A stretch of 64,000 nucleotides of DNA from Candidatus Marinacidobacterales bacterium (lineage in GTDB: Bacteria > Acidobacteriota > Vicinamibacteria > Marinacidobacterales > SMYC01): NCBI GenBank assembly GCA_965237955.1, contig OZ250169.1:7392001-7456000 (forward strand), read 5' to 3'. Below, one piece after another: positions 20,935 through 30,435 of this stretch. The position numbers were made by a program, and so were the translations under genes. The notes beneath the pieces are model-generated. The model did not search any database, had not been told where the DNA came from, and was given only the letters and a program-made list of their open reading frames with translations. Positions within the stretch are counted from its first letter, which is position 1. Each line of letters starts with the position of its first letter.

Positions 20935-22698
20935 TCACCTTAATTTGACAATATCCGTCGCTCCGCTTCCGCCGGCGACCCAGCCGAAGGTGGTGCTCGC
21001 TCCCGCCACAGCAGCCCGCCCGGCGAGGGGCCCGGTGATCCGCGGTCCAGAGGTGTCCTCGTGGACCGTCAGCCGCACGTTCGCGGCCTGGCCGGTCCAC
21101 TCGTCGATGCGGCCGCTGGGCCAATAGACGGTGACCACGTCCGCGGTCGCCGCCGCGTCGAGGCCGAAGTGCAACACGCCGGAGTCCTGCCCGTGGCCGG
21201 TGCCGCTGGTCACCTGGCGCATCATCGTGAGACCGCGCGCCTCCACGACCACGAGGGCGCCGATCGCATCCCGGTTGCTGCCGTTCGCGGTCGGACCGGC
21301 GCCCCGCAGCTTCAGCTGCAGCCAGTTGCCCGCGCCGGTGGTCTGGTTCTCGTAGAGGACGAGCTCTCCGTCTTGCGGGACCATCGCGATGTCGAGGTCG
21401 CCGTCCATGTCGAAGTCCGCGAGCGCGCTGCCGCGGGCGATCTCGTTCAGCGTGAACCCGGCGGCGACGGAGATGTCCGTGAAGGTCCCGTCCTGGTCGT
21501 TGCGGAAGAAGAGGTCCGGTGCACCCATTATGCCGACATAGAGATCCTCGTAGCCGTCGTTGTCGACGTCGAGGAAGTTCACACCCCAGGAGCTATCGGC
21601 CACGATGCCCGCCGGCTGGGCGGTGTCGTCCTGGAAGACGATGCCATTGCCGGTGCCGAGGTGGAGCGGATTGCCGAAGGGGGTGGCTCCCGTGTCGTGT
21701 GCCTGGCCCCCGATGTCCGTGATGTAGACGTCCCAGTCGCCGTCCAAGTCGATGTCGCCCACGGCGATGCCCATCGCGCCGCCCGAGTCGTCCCCGACGC
21801 CCACCGAGTCCGCCGTGCGATCGACGAAGGTGCCGTCGCCCCGGTTCTGGAAGATCTTGTCTTCGGCGTACCCGCGATCAGTGGTGTTGCCGACCCACAG
21901 GTCCGGCCAGAGGTCCTGGTCGAGGTGCGCACCGACGGTCGCGAGGCAGGGACGGAAGGCGTCGCGGTCAGTGCCGCTGTCCACACCACCGGACGCGGTC
22001 ACGTCTTCGAAGGTGCCATCGCCATTGTTGTGGTAGAGGCGGTCGCGGATGGCCGGGTCTCCGCCCCCGCCTCGCGGCCAGTGGCAGACGTAGAGGTCGA
22101 GGAACCCGTCGCGGTCGTAGTCGAGGAAGGAGGCGCCGGTCGATCGGTAGGCCGGGGGACTGGCCAGCGGGTTAGAGAGGTCGTCCACGCCGGCTGCGGC
22201 CGCCACGTCCTCGAAGAGCGGCGTGCTCTCGGCGCCCCCATTCTCCACCCACAGGTTCCGCAGCAGGATGTTCGGAGGGCCGGTGTTCCCGACTCCGGTA
22301 ATGCCGTTGTCGGTGGAGATGTAGATGTCGGGGTCACCGTCGTCGTCGTAGTCGCCGAACGTGGATTCCATCAGGTCGACGTTCGGGAGGGCCGGAAGCA
22401 GGTCGTCGACGCGCGTGAAGTTCCCGCCGCCGTCGTTGCGGAACAGGTGCGCGGTGAGGCCGATGCCGTTCGTCAGGAACAGGTCGGGGAGGCCGTCATC
22501 GTTGTAGTCGATCCAGCTCGGGCCGAGCCCGTGGTCCGAGCCGGCGCGGTAGGTATCTCCTTTGATCCCCTTGGCGGCGCTCACGTCGGAGAAAGCAATC
22601 TGCGCTGCTGCCTCGGTGGACACACCGAGAGCGGCCATCAGGCCGAAGGCGCAGAGAACAGAAGCACTACGAACAGAACGATGGATCGGGTTACACAT
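20935..22698 (-). CDS. CRTAC1-family protein (FG-GAP repeats plus ASPIC/UnbV domain); C-terminus probably truncated
   Basis: Signal peptide; multiple DxDxDGxxDL repeats; NWLQLKLRG...SNRDAIGA...LHFGL...VYWPSG. Confidence 0.88.
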   Translation of the reverse strand: MCNPIHRSVRSASVLCAFGLMAALGVSTEAAAQIAFSDVSAAKGIKGDTYRAGSDHGLGPSWIDYNDDGLPDLFLTNGIGLTAHLFRNDGGGNFTRVDDLLPALPNVDLMESTFGDYDDDGDPDIYISTDNGITGVGNTGPPNILLRNLWVENGGAESTPLFEDVAAAAGVDDLSNPLASPPAYRSTGASFLDYDRDGFLDLYVCHWPRGGGGDPAIRDRLYHNNGDGTFEDVTASGGVDSGTDRDAFRPCLATVGAHLDQDLWPDLWVGNTTDRGYAEDKIFQNRGDGTFVDRTADSVGVGDDSGGAMGIAVGDIDLDGDWDVYITDIGGQAHDTGATPFGNPLHLGTGNGIVFQDDTAQPAGIVADSSWGVNFLDVDNDGYEDLYVGIMGAPDLFFRNDQDGTFTDISVAAGFTLNEIARGSALADFDMDGDLDIAMVPQDGELVLYENQTTGAGNWLQLKLRGAGPTANGSNRDAIGALVVVEARGLTMMRQVTSGTGHGQDSGVLHFGLDAAATADVVTVYWPSGRIDEWTGQAANVRLTVHEDTSGPRITGPLAGRAAVAGASTTFGWVAGGSGATDIVKLR

Positions 22699-22960
22699 TT
22701 TACTTCTGCTTTTACTTCTGCTTCCTCTCAACAATCAGTTGGCACACACGTTGGGTTCCGCCGGGGCTAGATATTCCGGCTGAAATCCAGCCTGTTACGG
22801 ACACTCGACTATACGTGGGGGACCCCCTCCGTGTCAAAAAAAAATCTCTGCACAAGCGACGCAAAAAACCCTCAGCCAGCTTTGGAGGCGAAAAAAACAC
22901 GCAAGTTCGACGAAGTGGACGGCTCGCGTGGGGCCGAAAGACCCGGACGCTTTCGAGCCG

Positions 22961-23093
22961 CTAGTCCCCTGTATCAGAACAAACTAGATAAAGCAGAGCT
23001 TGCCGAAACACTTCTAAGTGCATGAATCTTATGAATCTTATGGGCTGGCGAAAAGCCTAACTTTGTATAGTAATCAAAGATCCATGGGACTAG
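22961..23093. mobile_element. 133-bp MITE family A, copy 2
   Basis: Reverse complement of 3165-3297 with a few substitutions; CTAG at both ends. Confidence 0.85.
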
Positions 23094-23537
23094 GGCTCTA
23101 CGATGTTCGTGTCGAGAGCCGGCCGCAGGAGGTGCGACTCGTTCTCCTCGACGGCCTGAATGTAGTATCGCATCGCGACCAGGACCGGCACCTCCTGCCG
23201 ATCGTACACCTCGCCCTGAAGCAGCTGCAGGACCTGATGCCGGTGCTTCTTCGACTGGATGAAGCGCGTGAACAGCGGCAGGAGCTTGTAGTAGAGGCAG
23301 ATGAACTCGTACCAGATGGAGGTCCCGCGACGCAACTTCTCCTCGTAGGGCCGTAGGGCTTCGGCGCTGAGGTCACCGGACTCCAGGCATCCGATCAGTT
23401 GCTCGGATGCGAACTGGGCCGAAGACAGCGCGACGCTCACGCCGGAGGAGAAGATCGGATCCACGAAGCGAGCGGCGTCGCCGATCAGCATGAAGCCATT
23501 GCCGACGAACTGCTTCATCGCGTAGCTGTAGTCGGAC
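23090..23537 (-). pseudogene. FAD-dependent halogenase/oxidoreductase, C-terminal fragment
   Basis: DYSYAMKQFVGNGFMLIGDAARFVDPIFSSGVSVAL motif; no N-terminal Rossmann fold, 5' end replaced by an IS91-like end. Confidence 0.8.
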
Positions 23538-24020
23538 AGATAGGAGCTTGTAACCCTGGGCCCCGGGAAGCACGAGCCGGAAAACACCTCGAGGAGTCGA
23601 ACTTCCGCGGGTGATGAGCCCGGTGAAGCTGAAATCGTGCGAACGCGGGTCGAGGGGAAGAGGAATCCGTGTTTTCTCGAGGCTGGAGGCACACGGGTGG
23701 CGTGCCCTGGGGTGATGCTCAGTGAACGAAGGTCTCCTCGGGAGTCGGGGGAGCTCGTGGACGCGAAGTCTTTCGGTCGAGATGGCCCAAGACTCTCTTG
23801 ATGACGGAGGCCTCAGTGATGAAGGCGAGGATCTTCATCGGAGCGCCACACCGGGTACAGGTCAAAGGGTCGACCTCGTAGACCCGTCGAATGAGGCGCA
23901 CCCAGCTTCTCCTCAGGGCGGCGCGCTTTTGCGGTGAAGGAGGCGGTTCATCCTGAGGTTTCTTGCTGTACGGATCGGCAACAGGATTCATCTTTGGAGC
24001 TCCCGAACCGAGGTGATTCA
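23538..24020 (-). mobile_element. IS91/ISCR-like remnant: transposase C-terminus (23719-23991) plus putative oriIS end
   Basis: WVRLIRRVYEVDPLTCTRCGAPMKILAFITEASVIKRVLGHL...RAPP; minus-strand end CAAGCTCCTATCT followed by GTCC. 5' boundary approximate. Confidence 0.75.
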
Positions 24021-24272
24021 GGAAAGCTTCACGTAGACGACTTCATATTCCCGGCCTGGCAGGTGTAAGGATCGGCGCCCGCGTCATACGAAGGTTGAAA
24101 CGGCCCGGTCGGTTTTGCCACCCACTCGCGCGCTTGTCTCGGATCCTGAAAAATCGACGCGGATGAGGGGGTGGGACCCCCTTTCTGGTCTGAACCCCCC
24201 GGGGGGGGTGGGCAACGGTATGGCCTGCCGGCGGGAGTGGCGCCCGCTAGCGGATCAAGCTAGTCTCCGACA

Positions 24273-27200
24273 ATGATCACGGCCAAGCTGTCCGCTTTCG
24301 CACTGCTCGTGGTGACCTGCACGGCAGTAGGCGCCGGTGGCGAAACGGTGCCGGCTCCGGCCACCGCGACCGCTTCGACCGACGACGTGATAACGGTCGC
24401 CGCCGATCAGGCCCACCGCAACCTGTTCATCGAAGACCGCTACCCGTCGGCCCAGCAATGCCGCACCTGCCACACCGAGCACTACCAGGAGTGGTCGATC
24501 TCGCAGCATGCCTACGCCCAGTTGAGCCCGGTGTTCAACGCCATGCAGGCCAAGATCTTTCAACTCACCAACGGCACCAACGGTGACTTCTGCATCCGCT
24601 GCCATACGCAAGTCGGAATGAACATCGGCGAGCCGGTGTTCATGAGCAACCTGGATCGAAACCCGGTCTCGCGCGAGGGGGTTACTTGCGTCGTTTGCCA
24701 TCGGATGGATCGAGCCTACGGTAAAGTCAGCGGACGGCTGGCTCTGATCGAAGGCGATATCCATACGCCGGTGCGCGGCCCGACCGGCAACGAAGAGCTC
24801 AAGCGGGTGCTCGAAAACCCCGATCGCTACAAAGTCGTGACGCGTCGCGAGGAGCAGGGCCGGCGGATTCATGCCGTCGTCGTCCCATTCTTCGAGCTGA
24901 CCAGTCCCGGCTTCTGCGGCGGCTGCCATGACGTCAACCTGGTCAACGGCTTTCGCCTCGAGGAAGCGTTCAGTGAATACAAAATCTCCCCGGCGGCGAA
25001 ACGCGGCGACACTTGCCAAGACTGCCACATGGGCAAAGCGCCGGGCTTGCCGTCGGGCTACCGGCAAGCGCCGGCGGCGGTCATCGGTGGTGTCCCCACC
25101 CGAGTGCGCAAACGCACCAACCACTCCTGGGTCGGCCCGGACCACTCGGTGATCCACCCGGCGCTTTTCCCGCACAACCCCGAGACGCAGAAGTTGGCCA
25201 CCCTAAGAGAGTGGCTCCTGTTCGACGACGACGCCGGCTGGGGAACAGACGCGTTCGAAGACAACGTCGCTAGTGGTCAGACGTTTCCCGAGCGCTGGTC
25301 CGATGCCGAAGACCGCTACGAAGCCCGCGAATTGCTCGACCAACAACATCGACGGTTGGCCGAGATCGGCCTTGAGCGAGCTAAGCTTTTGCGCGTCGGC
25401 TATCTCCTCGGCAAAGTCGTCGTCGAGCCGGTCGACAACAAGGGCCTGCGCTTTCGGGTCCAGGTCAAGAACGGCACCGACGGCCATAACGTCCCGACCG
25501 GCTTCAGCGCCGAGCGCCTCGTCTTTCTCCAGGTGCGCGTTACCGATGCCGCAGGCGAAGTCGTTTTCCAGTCGGGCGATCTCGATCCCAATGGTGACGT
25601 CCGTGACTCGCACTCGACCTACGTCCATAAGGGCCGGCTGCCGTTGGACAAGCAGCTGTTCAGCCTGCAGTCGCGCTTCTTGACCCGCAACATACGCGGC
25701 GGCGAGCGCGAGCAGGTCCTGCCTATCAACCAATCGCTCGATCCGCTCCCCTTCATTCGACCCGAGGTGCGCTCGACCATTCTTCTCGGCCGCCCGCTCG
25801 AAGCCCGTATCCATAAGAAGGGGATCGAGCCCTTGGGCGATCGCTGGGCCCAATACGAGGTCAAGCACAAAGCGCTCACTGGCGACGGACCGTATCGGAT
25901 CAACGTCAAGCTCATCGCCGGCATGGTACCGATCAACCTCATTCATGAGATTCAAGACGTCGGCTTCGATTACGGCCTAAGCGCCAAGACCATCGCCGAC
26001 CGGATTCTCAAAGGGCACATCGTTCTCTGGGAGCGCGACCTGACCACCGACTCCGGGGCACGTGGTGAGGAGAGGAAGGGTAGAGAAGTGCGCGCCCTCC
26101 TAGCCACCGTCGTCACCGCCGGCCTTTCTCTTTCCTCTGCCTTCGCCGGCGAGACGGCCGATGTCTCGTCACAGCCGATTCCACTTCAGACCGAACAAAG
26201 CCCGAACCGGCCGAAGCCGATTGTGGAGCTCGGCAATCCGTTTCTCGCGCAAGGCCTCATCGGGCCGGGCTTCACGCTCCCGACCGGCGCCACCTGGCAA
26301 CCGGCGCTCCTCGTCTTCGGCTCCTATCGCTCGGCGATGCAAACGTTCGACACCGAGGGCGGTAACGTCTCCGAGTGGTCGAATCGCCTCGATCTGTTCG
26401 CCAATCTCACCCTCACTGGAACCGAGCGGGTGCTCCTCGGACTTCGGCCGCTGGATCGAACCTCTCTTGAAGAAGCACTCATCGACGGCGAAGACGGCCT
26501 TTTCACCGGCTATCAGTTCGGTGAATCCGAAGCCGATGGCTGGCGCGAGAACTGGAACCTGCGAGTACAAACCCTGTTCTTCGAAGGCGACTTCGGCGAG
26601 ATCTTCCCGGGCCTCGATCGCGCCGACAACCGCCCGCTCGACATTGGCTTCTCGGTCGGACGCCAGCCCTTGTTCTTTCAAGAGGGCCTTTTAATCGACG
26701 ATTCGGTCGACGCGTTTGGCATCACCCGCAACACCCTGCGCCCGTCGGGCACCTCCAACGTTCGCCTGACCGGCCTGTTCGGCTGGGGCAACCTTCACCG
26801 GGACAACGGCCTAGAGGATCGGAAAGCGTCGCTCTACGGTGTATTCACTGAAGTCGACATGCCGACGAGCACCCTCAACTTCGACCTGGCCTACGTTCAT
26901 GGCCGCGACTCGAGCCTCCACGGCGGCTTCAGCGCGGTGCAACGCATCGCTCAGATCAATACGGCCCTGCGCGCCCTTTTCTCGTTCCCGTTCGATAAGG
27001 AGGTAGCGCGTTCCTTCCTCGACGACCCGGGGGTAACCGTCGGTCGCGGCACGCTCCTGTTTGCCGAACTTTCCTGGACGCCGACTGCGACGCATGATCT
27101 TCTCTACCTGAACGGCTTCGGAGCCTTTGGCAACTACTCAGCCATCGCCCGCGACCCGCTGAATGGGGGTGGTCTCGCCCGGACCGGGATTCTCTTCGCC

Positions 27201-27545
27201 TCCGCCGGCGTTGGTGACATTGGTGCCGCCCTCGACGCCCGGCCGCATGCTAGCTTCGGCGGCGCCATCGGCTACCAGAAGCTGTTTCATGGCGGCCGCC
27301 GGCAACTGGTGGGAGAGCTCGGCCTGCGCTCCGAAACGTCCGATAACCGGGATAGACGCGATCGCGGAACGACGGCCGCTGCTTTAGGGGCTCGCTATCA
27401 ACAGGCCCTCGGCCGCCGGTTCATCGTCCGCGTGGACGGTTTCACCACTCGGGAGGAGCGCTTCGGCGGATATACGCTGAGTGAGGGATTCACGATCCGC
27501 AAGTTCCACTTCGGCGGCCGCCTGGAGCTCCTGGTCAAGTTTTAA
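24273..27545 (+). CDS. Pentaheme c-type cytochrome (c554-like) in frame with a putative outer-membrane beta-barrel; may be two genes with the second starting at GTG 26088
   Basis: Signal peptide; CRTCH, CIRCH, CVVCH, CGGCH, CQDCH; internal signal-like VRALLATVVTAGLSLSSAFA; amphipathic strands ending GGRLELLVKF. Confidence 0.8.
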   Translation: MITAKLSAFALLVVTCTAVGAGGETVPAPATATASTDDVITVAADQAHRNLFIEDRYPSAQQCRTCHTEHYQEWSISQHAYAQLSPVFNAMQAKIFQLTNGTNGDFCIRCHTQVGMNIGEPVFMSNLDRNPVSREGVTCVVCHRMDRAYGKVSGRLALIEGDIHTPVRGPTGNEELKRVLENPDRYKVVTRREEQGRRIHAVVVPFFELTSPGFCGGCHDVNLVNGFRLEEAFSEYKISPAAKRGDTCQDCHMGKAPGLPSGYRQAPAAVIGGVPTRVRKRTNHSWVGPDHSVIHPALFPHNPETQKLATLREWLLFDDDAGWGTDAFEDNVASGQTFPERWSDAEDRYEARELLDQQHRRLAEIGLERAKLLRVGYLLGKVVVEPVDNKGLRFRVQVKNGTDGHNVPTGFSAERLVFLQVRVTDAAGEVVFQSGDLDPNGDVRDSHSTYVHKGRLPLDKQLFSLQSRFLTRNIRGGEREQVLPINQSLDPLPFIRPEVRSTILLGRPLEARIHKKGIEPLGDRWAQYEVKHKALTGDGPYRINVKLIAGMVPINLIHEIQDVGFDYGLSAKTIADRILKGHIVLWERDLTTDSGARGEERKGREVRALLATVVTAGLSLSSAFAGETADVSSQPIPLQTEQSPNRPKPIVELGNPFLAQGLIGPGFTLPTGATWQPALLVFGSYRSAMQTFDTEGGNVSEWSNRLDLFANLTLTGTERVLLGLRPLDRTSLEEALIDGEDGLFTGYQFGESEADGWRENWNLRVQTLFFEGDFGEIFPGLDRADNRPLDIGFSVGRQPLFFQEGLLIDDSVDAFGITRNTLRPSGTSNVRLTGLFGWGNLHRDNGLEDRKASLYGVFTEVDMPTSTLNFDLAYVHGRDSSLHGGFSAVQRIAQINTALRALFSFPFDKEVARSFLDDPGVTVGRGTLLFAELSWTPTATHDLLYLNGFGAFGNYSAIARDPLNGGGLARTGILFASAGVGDIGAALDARPHASFGGAIGYQKLFHGGRRQLVGELGLRSETSDNRDRRDRGTTAAALGARYQQALGRRFIVRVDGFTTREERFGGYTLSEGFTIRKFHFGGRLELLVKF

Positions 27546-27618
27546 ATGCGCTTCGTGTATGATTCTCGATTCCGTGCCCCACCAAGACTGCGGCCCGCGC
27601 CGCAGGCGGATTCCAAAC

Positions 27619-28593
27619 GTGGCTAGGCTTGTCGCCGCTCCCCTCATCCTCGTCATGATGGGTACATCCTTCGCCGCCAACGATCCGAAGAAGGTCGTTG
27701 GCCCGGAGCAGTGTGTCGAGTGCCACATGTTGGAGCTCCCGGTGCTCGAGCGGAGCCATCACTACCGTGGCTTCTTCACCATGCACCGCCAGCTCGAAGC
27801 CAAGGAGATCGGCAAGCGCCTCGGCATCCGCCGGGTCAAGCGTGACCCGCTCTGTCAGAGCTGTCACTACACCGCGAAAGAGGTCGACGGCAAGGTCAAA
27901 CCGATCTCGGGCGTGAGTTGTGAGTCCTGTCACGGCGCGGCTCGCGACTGGCTCGAAGTCCACAGCGACTCCGGCGAGGCCGAGACCGAGTCGGAAGCAC
28001 ATCAAAAACAGCGCCGCGACAACAGCGCCGAGGCAGGGATGACCGCGCCGTTTTGCGTCTACGGCCTGGTCAGCAAGTGCTACGGCTGCCACACCGTCGC
28101 CGACGAGCGGCTGGTGAACATCGGTGGACACCCGTCTGGAAGCGCCTTCGAGTTGGTGGCTTGGAGCCAAGGCGAGATCCGTCACAACTACTTCTACTCG
28201 AAAGACAAGAAGAATCGCGAAGCGTCAGCGGAGCGCAAGCGGGTGCTCTACGTGCTCGGTCGCGCGCTCGAGCTCGAGCACGCTTTGCGGGCATTGGCCA
28301 AGGCGTCGCACGACGGCGAATACGGCCGGGCCATGCACGAGCGCGCCAAAAAAGCGATCGAAGCGCTGCGCTTGGTGCACAAGCGAGCCCCACTGAAAGA
28401 GCTCGAAAAGATGCTGCGACTGGTCGACGGCCTGACCATCGAGCTCGGTCAGGGGGAGACTCTGGTTGCGGCGGCGGACAGGCTGCAGCCGCTTGCCCGC
28501 TACTTGGGCGAGCATACCGACGGCGCCCTTCTCGCTCCGATCGACGACCTGCTCCCGAAGCGCTCCTCATACCGCGGCAAAGCCCTTCCGTAG
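27619..28593 (+). CDS. Tetraheme c-type cytochrome (c554-like) with helical C-terminal domain
   Basis: Signal peptide from GTG 27619 (alternative ATG 27559); VGPEQCVECH, CQSCH, GVSCESCHG, CYGCH. Confidence 0.85.
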   Translation: MARLVAAPLILVMMGTSFAANDPKKVVGPEQCVECHMLELPVLERSHHYRGFFTMHRQLEAKEIGKRLGIRRVKRDPLCQSCHYTAKEVDGKVKPISGVSCESCHGAARDWLEVHSDSGEAETESEAHQKQRRDNSAEAGMTAPFCVYGLVSKCYGCHTVADERLVNIGGHPSGSAFELVAWSQGEIRHNYFYSKDKKNREASAERKRVLYVLGRALELEHALRALAKASHDGEYGRAMHERAKKAIEALRLVHKRAPLKELEKMLRLVDGLTIELGQGETLVAAADRLQPLARYLGEHTDGALLAPIDDLLPKRSSYRGKALP

Positions 28594-28705
28594 CAGGCTG
28601 AAACGCGAACTGCCTGCGCTTTGCACACCTCATCAAGCGCCGACCCTTTCAAGCCGATACCTCTCAGTAAGACCGGATACCTCTCAGTAAGAAAGGTCGA
28701 TTCCT

Positions 28706-28886
28706 GTGTCCTCGCCTGAACAGTCGGCAAAGCCTGCCGGCGTTGAAAACCCGAGTGTCCCCGCCGTCGGTACGGTTCTAGAAAACCGCTATGAGCTGTT
28801 GCAGCTCGTCGGTCATGGCGGCATGGGCGCGGTCTACCGGGTGCAAGACCGGACGGAGGATCGTACGCTCGCGCTCAAGCTCGTGA
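28706..28886 (+). pseudogene. Ser/Thr protein kinase, N-terminal fragment
   Basis: RYELLQLVGHGGMGAVYRVQD...LALKLV (subdomains I-II), cut off by an IS end. Confidence 0.8.
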
Positions 28887-29346
28887 GGTCAAAATACTCA
28901 TGCGGATTCCCGGTGGTAGAAACGGAGCAACCCGCCAAGCCGTTCACGGGAGCACACCTTGCCCTCGGACTGATATAACTGCTCGCTGGCTGGGAACAGC
29001 AGCAGATTCTCTTTGCCTTGATGATTCCTCTCGTGGTGATGGTGGACGACGTACTCCCTAAGCGCATGACGAAGCGACTTCTCGCCCAACAGGATGAGCT
29101 TCGAGAGACATTCCTCTTTGACTGACTTCACCCAACGCTCCGCGAACGAGTTCAAATCCCGACTCCGTGCGGGCAGCTTGACAGGCGTGACGCCGACCGC
29201 CTCAATGGTGAGCCGGAAAGACTCGCAGTACTTGGAGTCCCGGTCGTGAATGAGGTATCGGCTTGAGGACAGAAAGCCGACATCGGCCATGGTCACGTTG
29301 CGGGCCACTTTAATCATCCACGGTTCGTTCGGATGCGGCGTGATGC
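28887..29346 (-). mobile_element. Integrase-core (rve) transposase, 3' remnant with terminus
   Basis: RYLIHDRDSKY, LPARSRDLNSFAERWVKSVKEECL, ERNHQG, RERLGGLLRFYHRESA*. Confidence 0.85.
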
Positions 29347-30435
29347 TGCCTTGGTGCACAACTCGCGATCTCGGTCCACAATTGTCCTTTACTCACGGAT
29401 TCGAGGTTCCCCATGAGCATTTTCAAACGCACTCAGCGGAAGTATGTGAAGAAGGCCTATCGCGTGAGGAATTGGCGTGAATATGAGGCGGGTCTACGCA
29501 ACCGTGGGAGCCTGACCGTCTGGATCTCGCTCACCGCCGGCAAGCTTGTGAACTGGGACGCGCCCCGGCCGAGGAGGAGGAAACCGGGCCGTCAACGCAA
29601 GTACTCGAACCACGCCATCGAGACGGCTGTCACCCTGGGCATGGTGTTTCATCTGTCATCTAGGCAGAGCGAGGGATTGCTGCGATCGTTGTTCGCTCTG
29701 ATGAAGCTAGACTAATGATGTGCCCGATCACACCACGATCTCGAGGCGCAAGGCGAAGCTGGGTAAGGTCCCCTTCTTACCAAGACAAGCAGAAGACGCC
29801 GTTGCACATCTTGATCGACAGCAGCGGTCTCGCTGTCCACGCCGGCCAGCTGCGCAGAGCACCAAAGAGCAGGGACTATCGCAAGCTCCATCTGTGTGTC
29901 GACGAGCAGAGTGGCGAAGTCGTCGCCGGCGAGCTGACGAGCAAAAGAGCCCGCGATTCATCGCGGGTTGCATCGCTTGTCGGACAGATCGACAGTCCCA
30001 TCTCATCGGCCAGAGCTGACACCGCATACGACGCCGGCGGCGTCTATGAGGCGATCGAGAATCACAGCGCTCATCGCTCGCCGAGGGTGCTGATACCGCC
30101 GCGCAAGGGCGCCCAGCTCGCATCGGGGCCGGCGAGCAGCCGACAGCGCAATCGCAACATTGCAGCACAAGATCGGCTCGGCAAACGAAAGTGGCACACA
30201 GAATCGGGCTACAGCAAACGGAGCAAAGTCGAGACAACGTTCCATCGCTACAAGGCTATCGTGGGCTCAGCGATGCGAGCGAGAGGGTTGGCGGCACAGA
30301 GAGTCGAGGCAAGGATCGGGTGCAAGATTCCCAACACCATGACGGCGCTCGGGATGCCTGATAGCGAGATGATCGGATGATGGGAGTCGGGGCCAAGCGA
30401 GCTCTCGGCCTCTATCGGAGTTGTGCACCAAGGCA
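29347..30435 (+). mobile_element. IS5-family (IS903 group) element; transposase 29413-30380 has two frameshifts
   Basis: Perfect 18-bp IR TGCCTTGGTGCACAACTC; YRVRNWREYEAGLRNRGSLTVW, PDHTTISRR, IDSSGL, GYSKRSKVET. No TSD. Confidence 0.88.

Noticed and set aside
23090-23692. Halogenase as sign of a biosynthetic gene cluster
   Set aside because: Only the C-terminal fragment remains and no other biosynthetic genes are adjacent.
24160-24215. G/C-run hairpins upstream of the multiheme gene as terminator or riboswitch
   Set aside because: No convincing U-tract or recognisable aptamer; they may belong to the adjacent IS91-like remnant.
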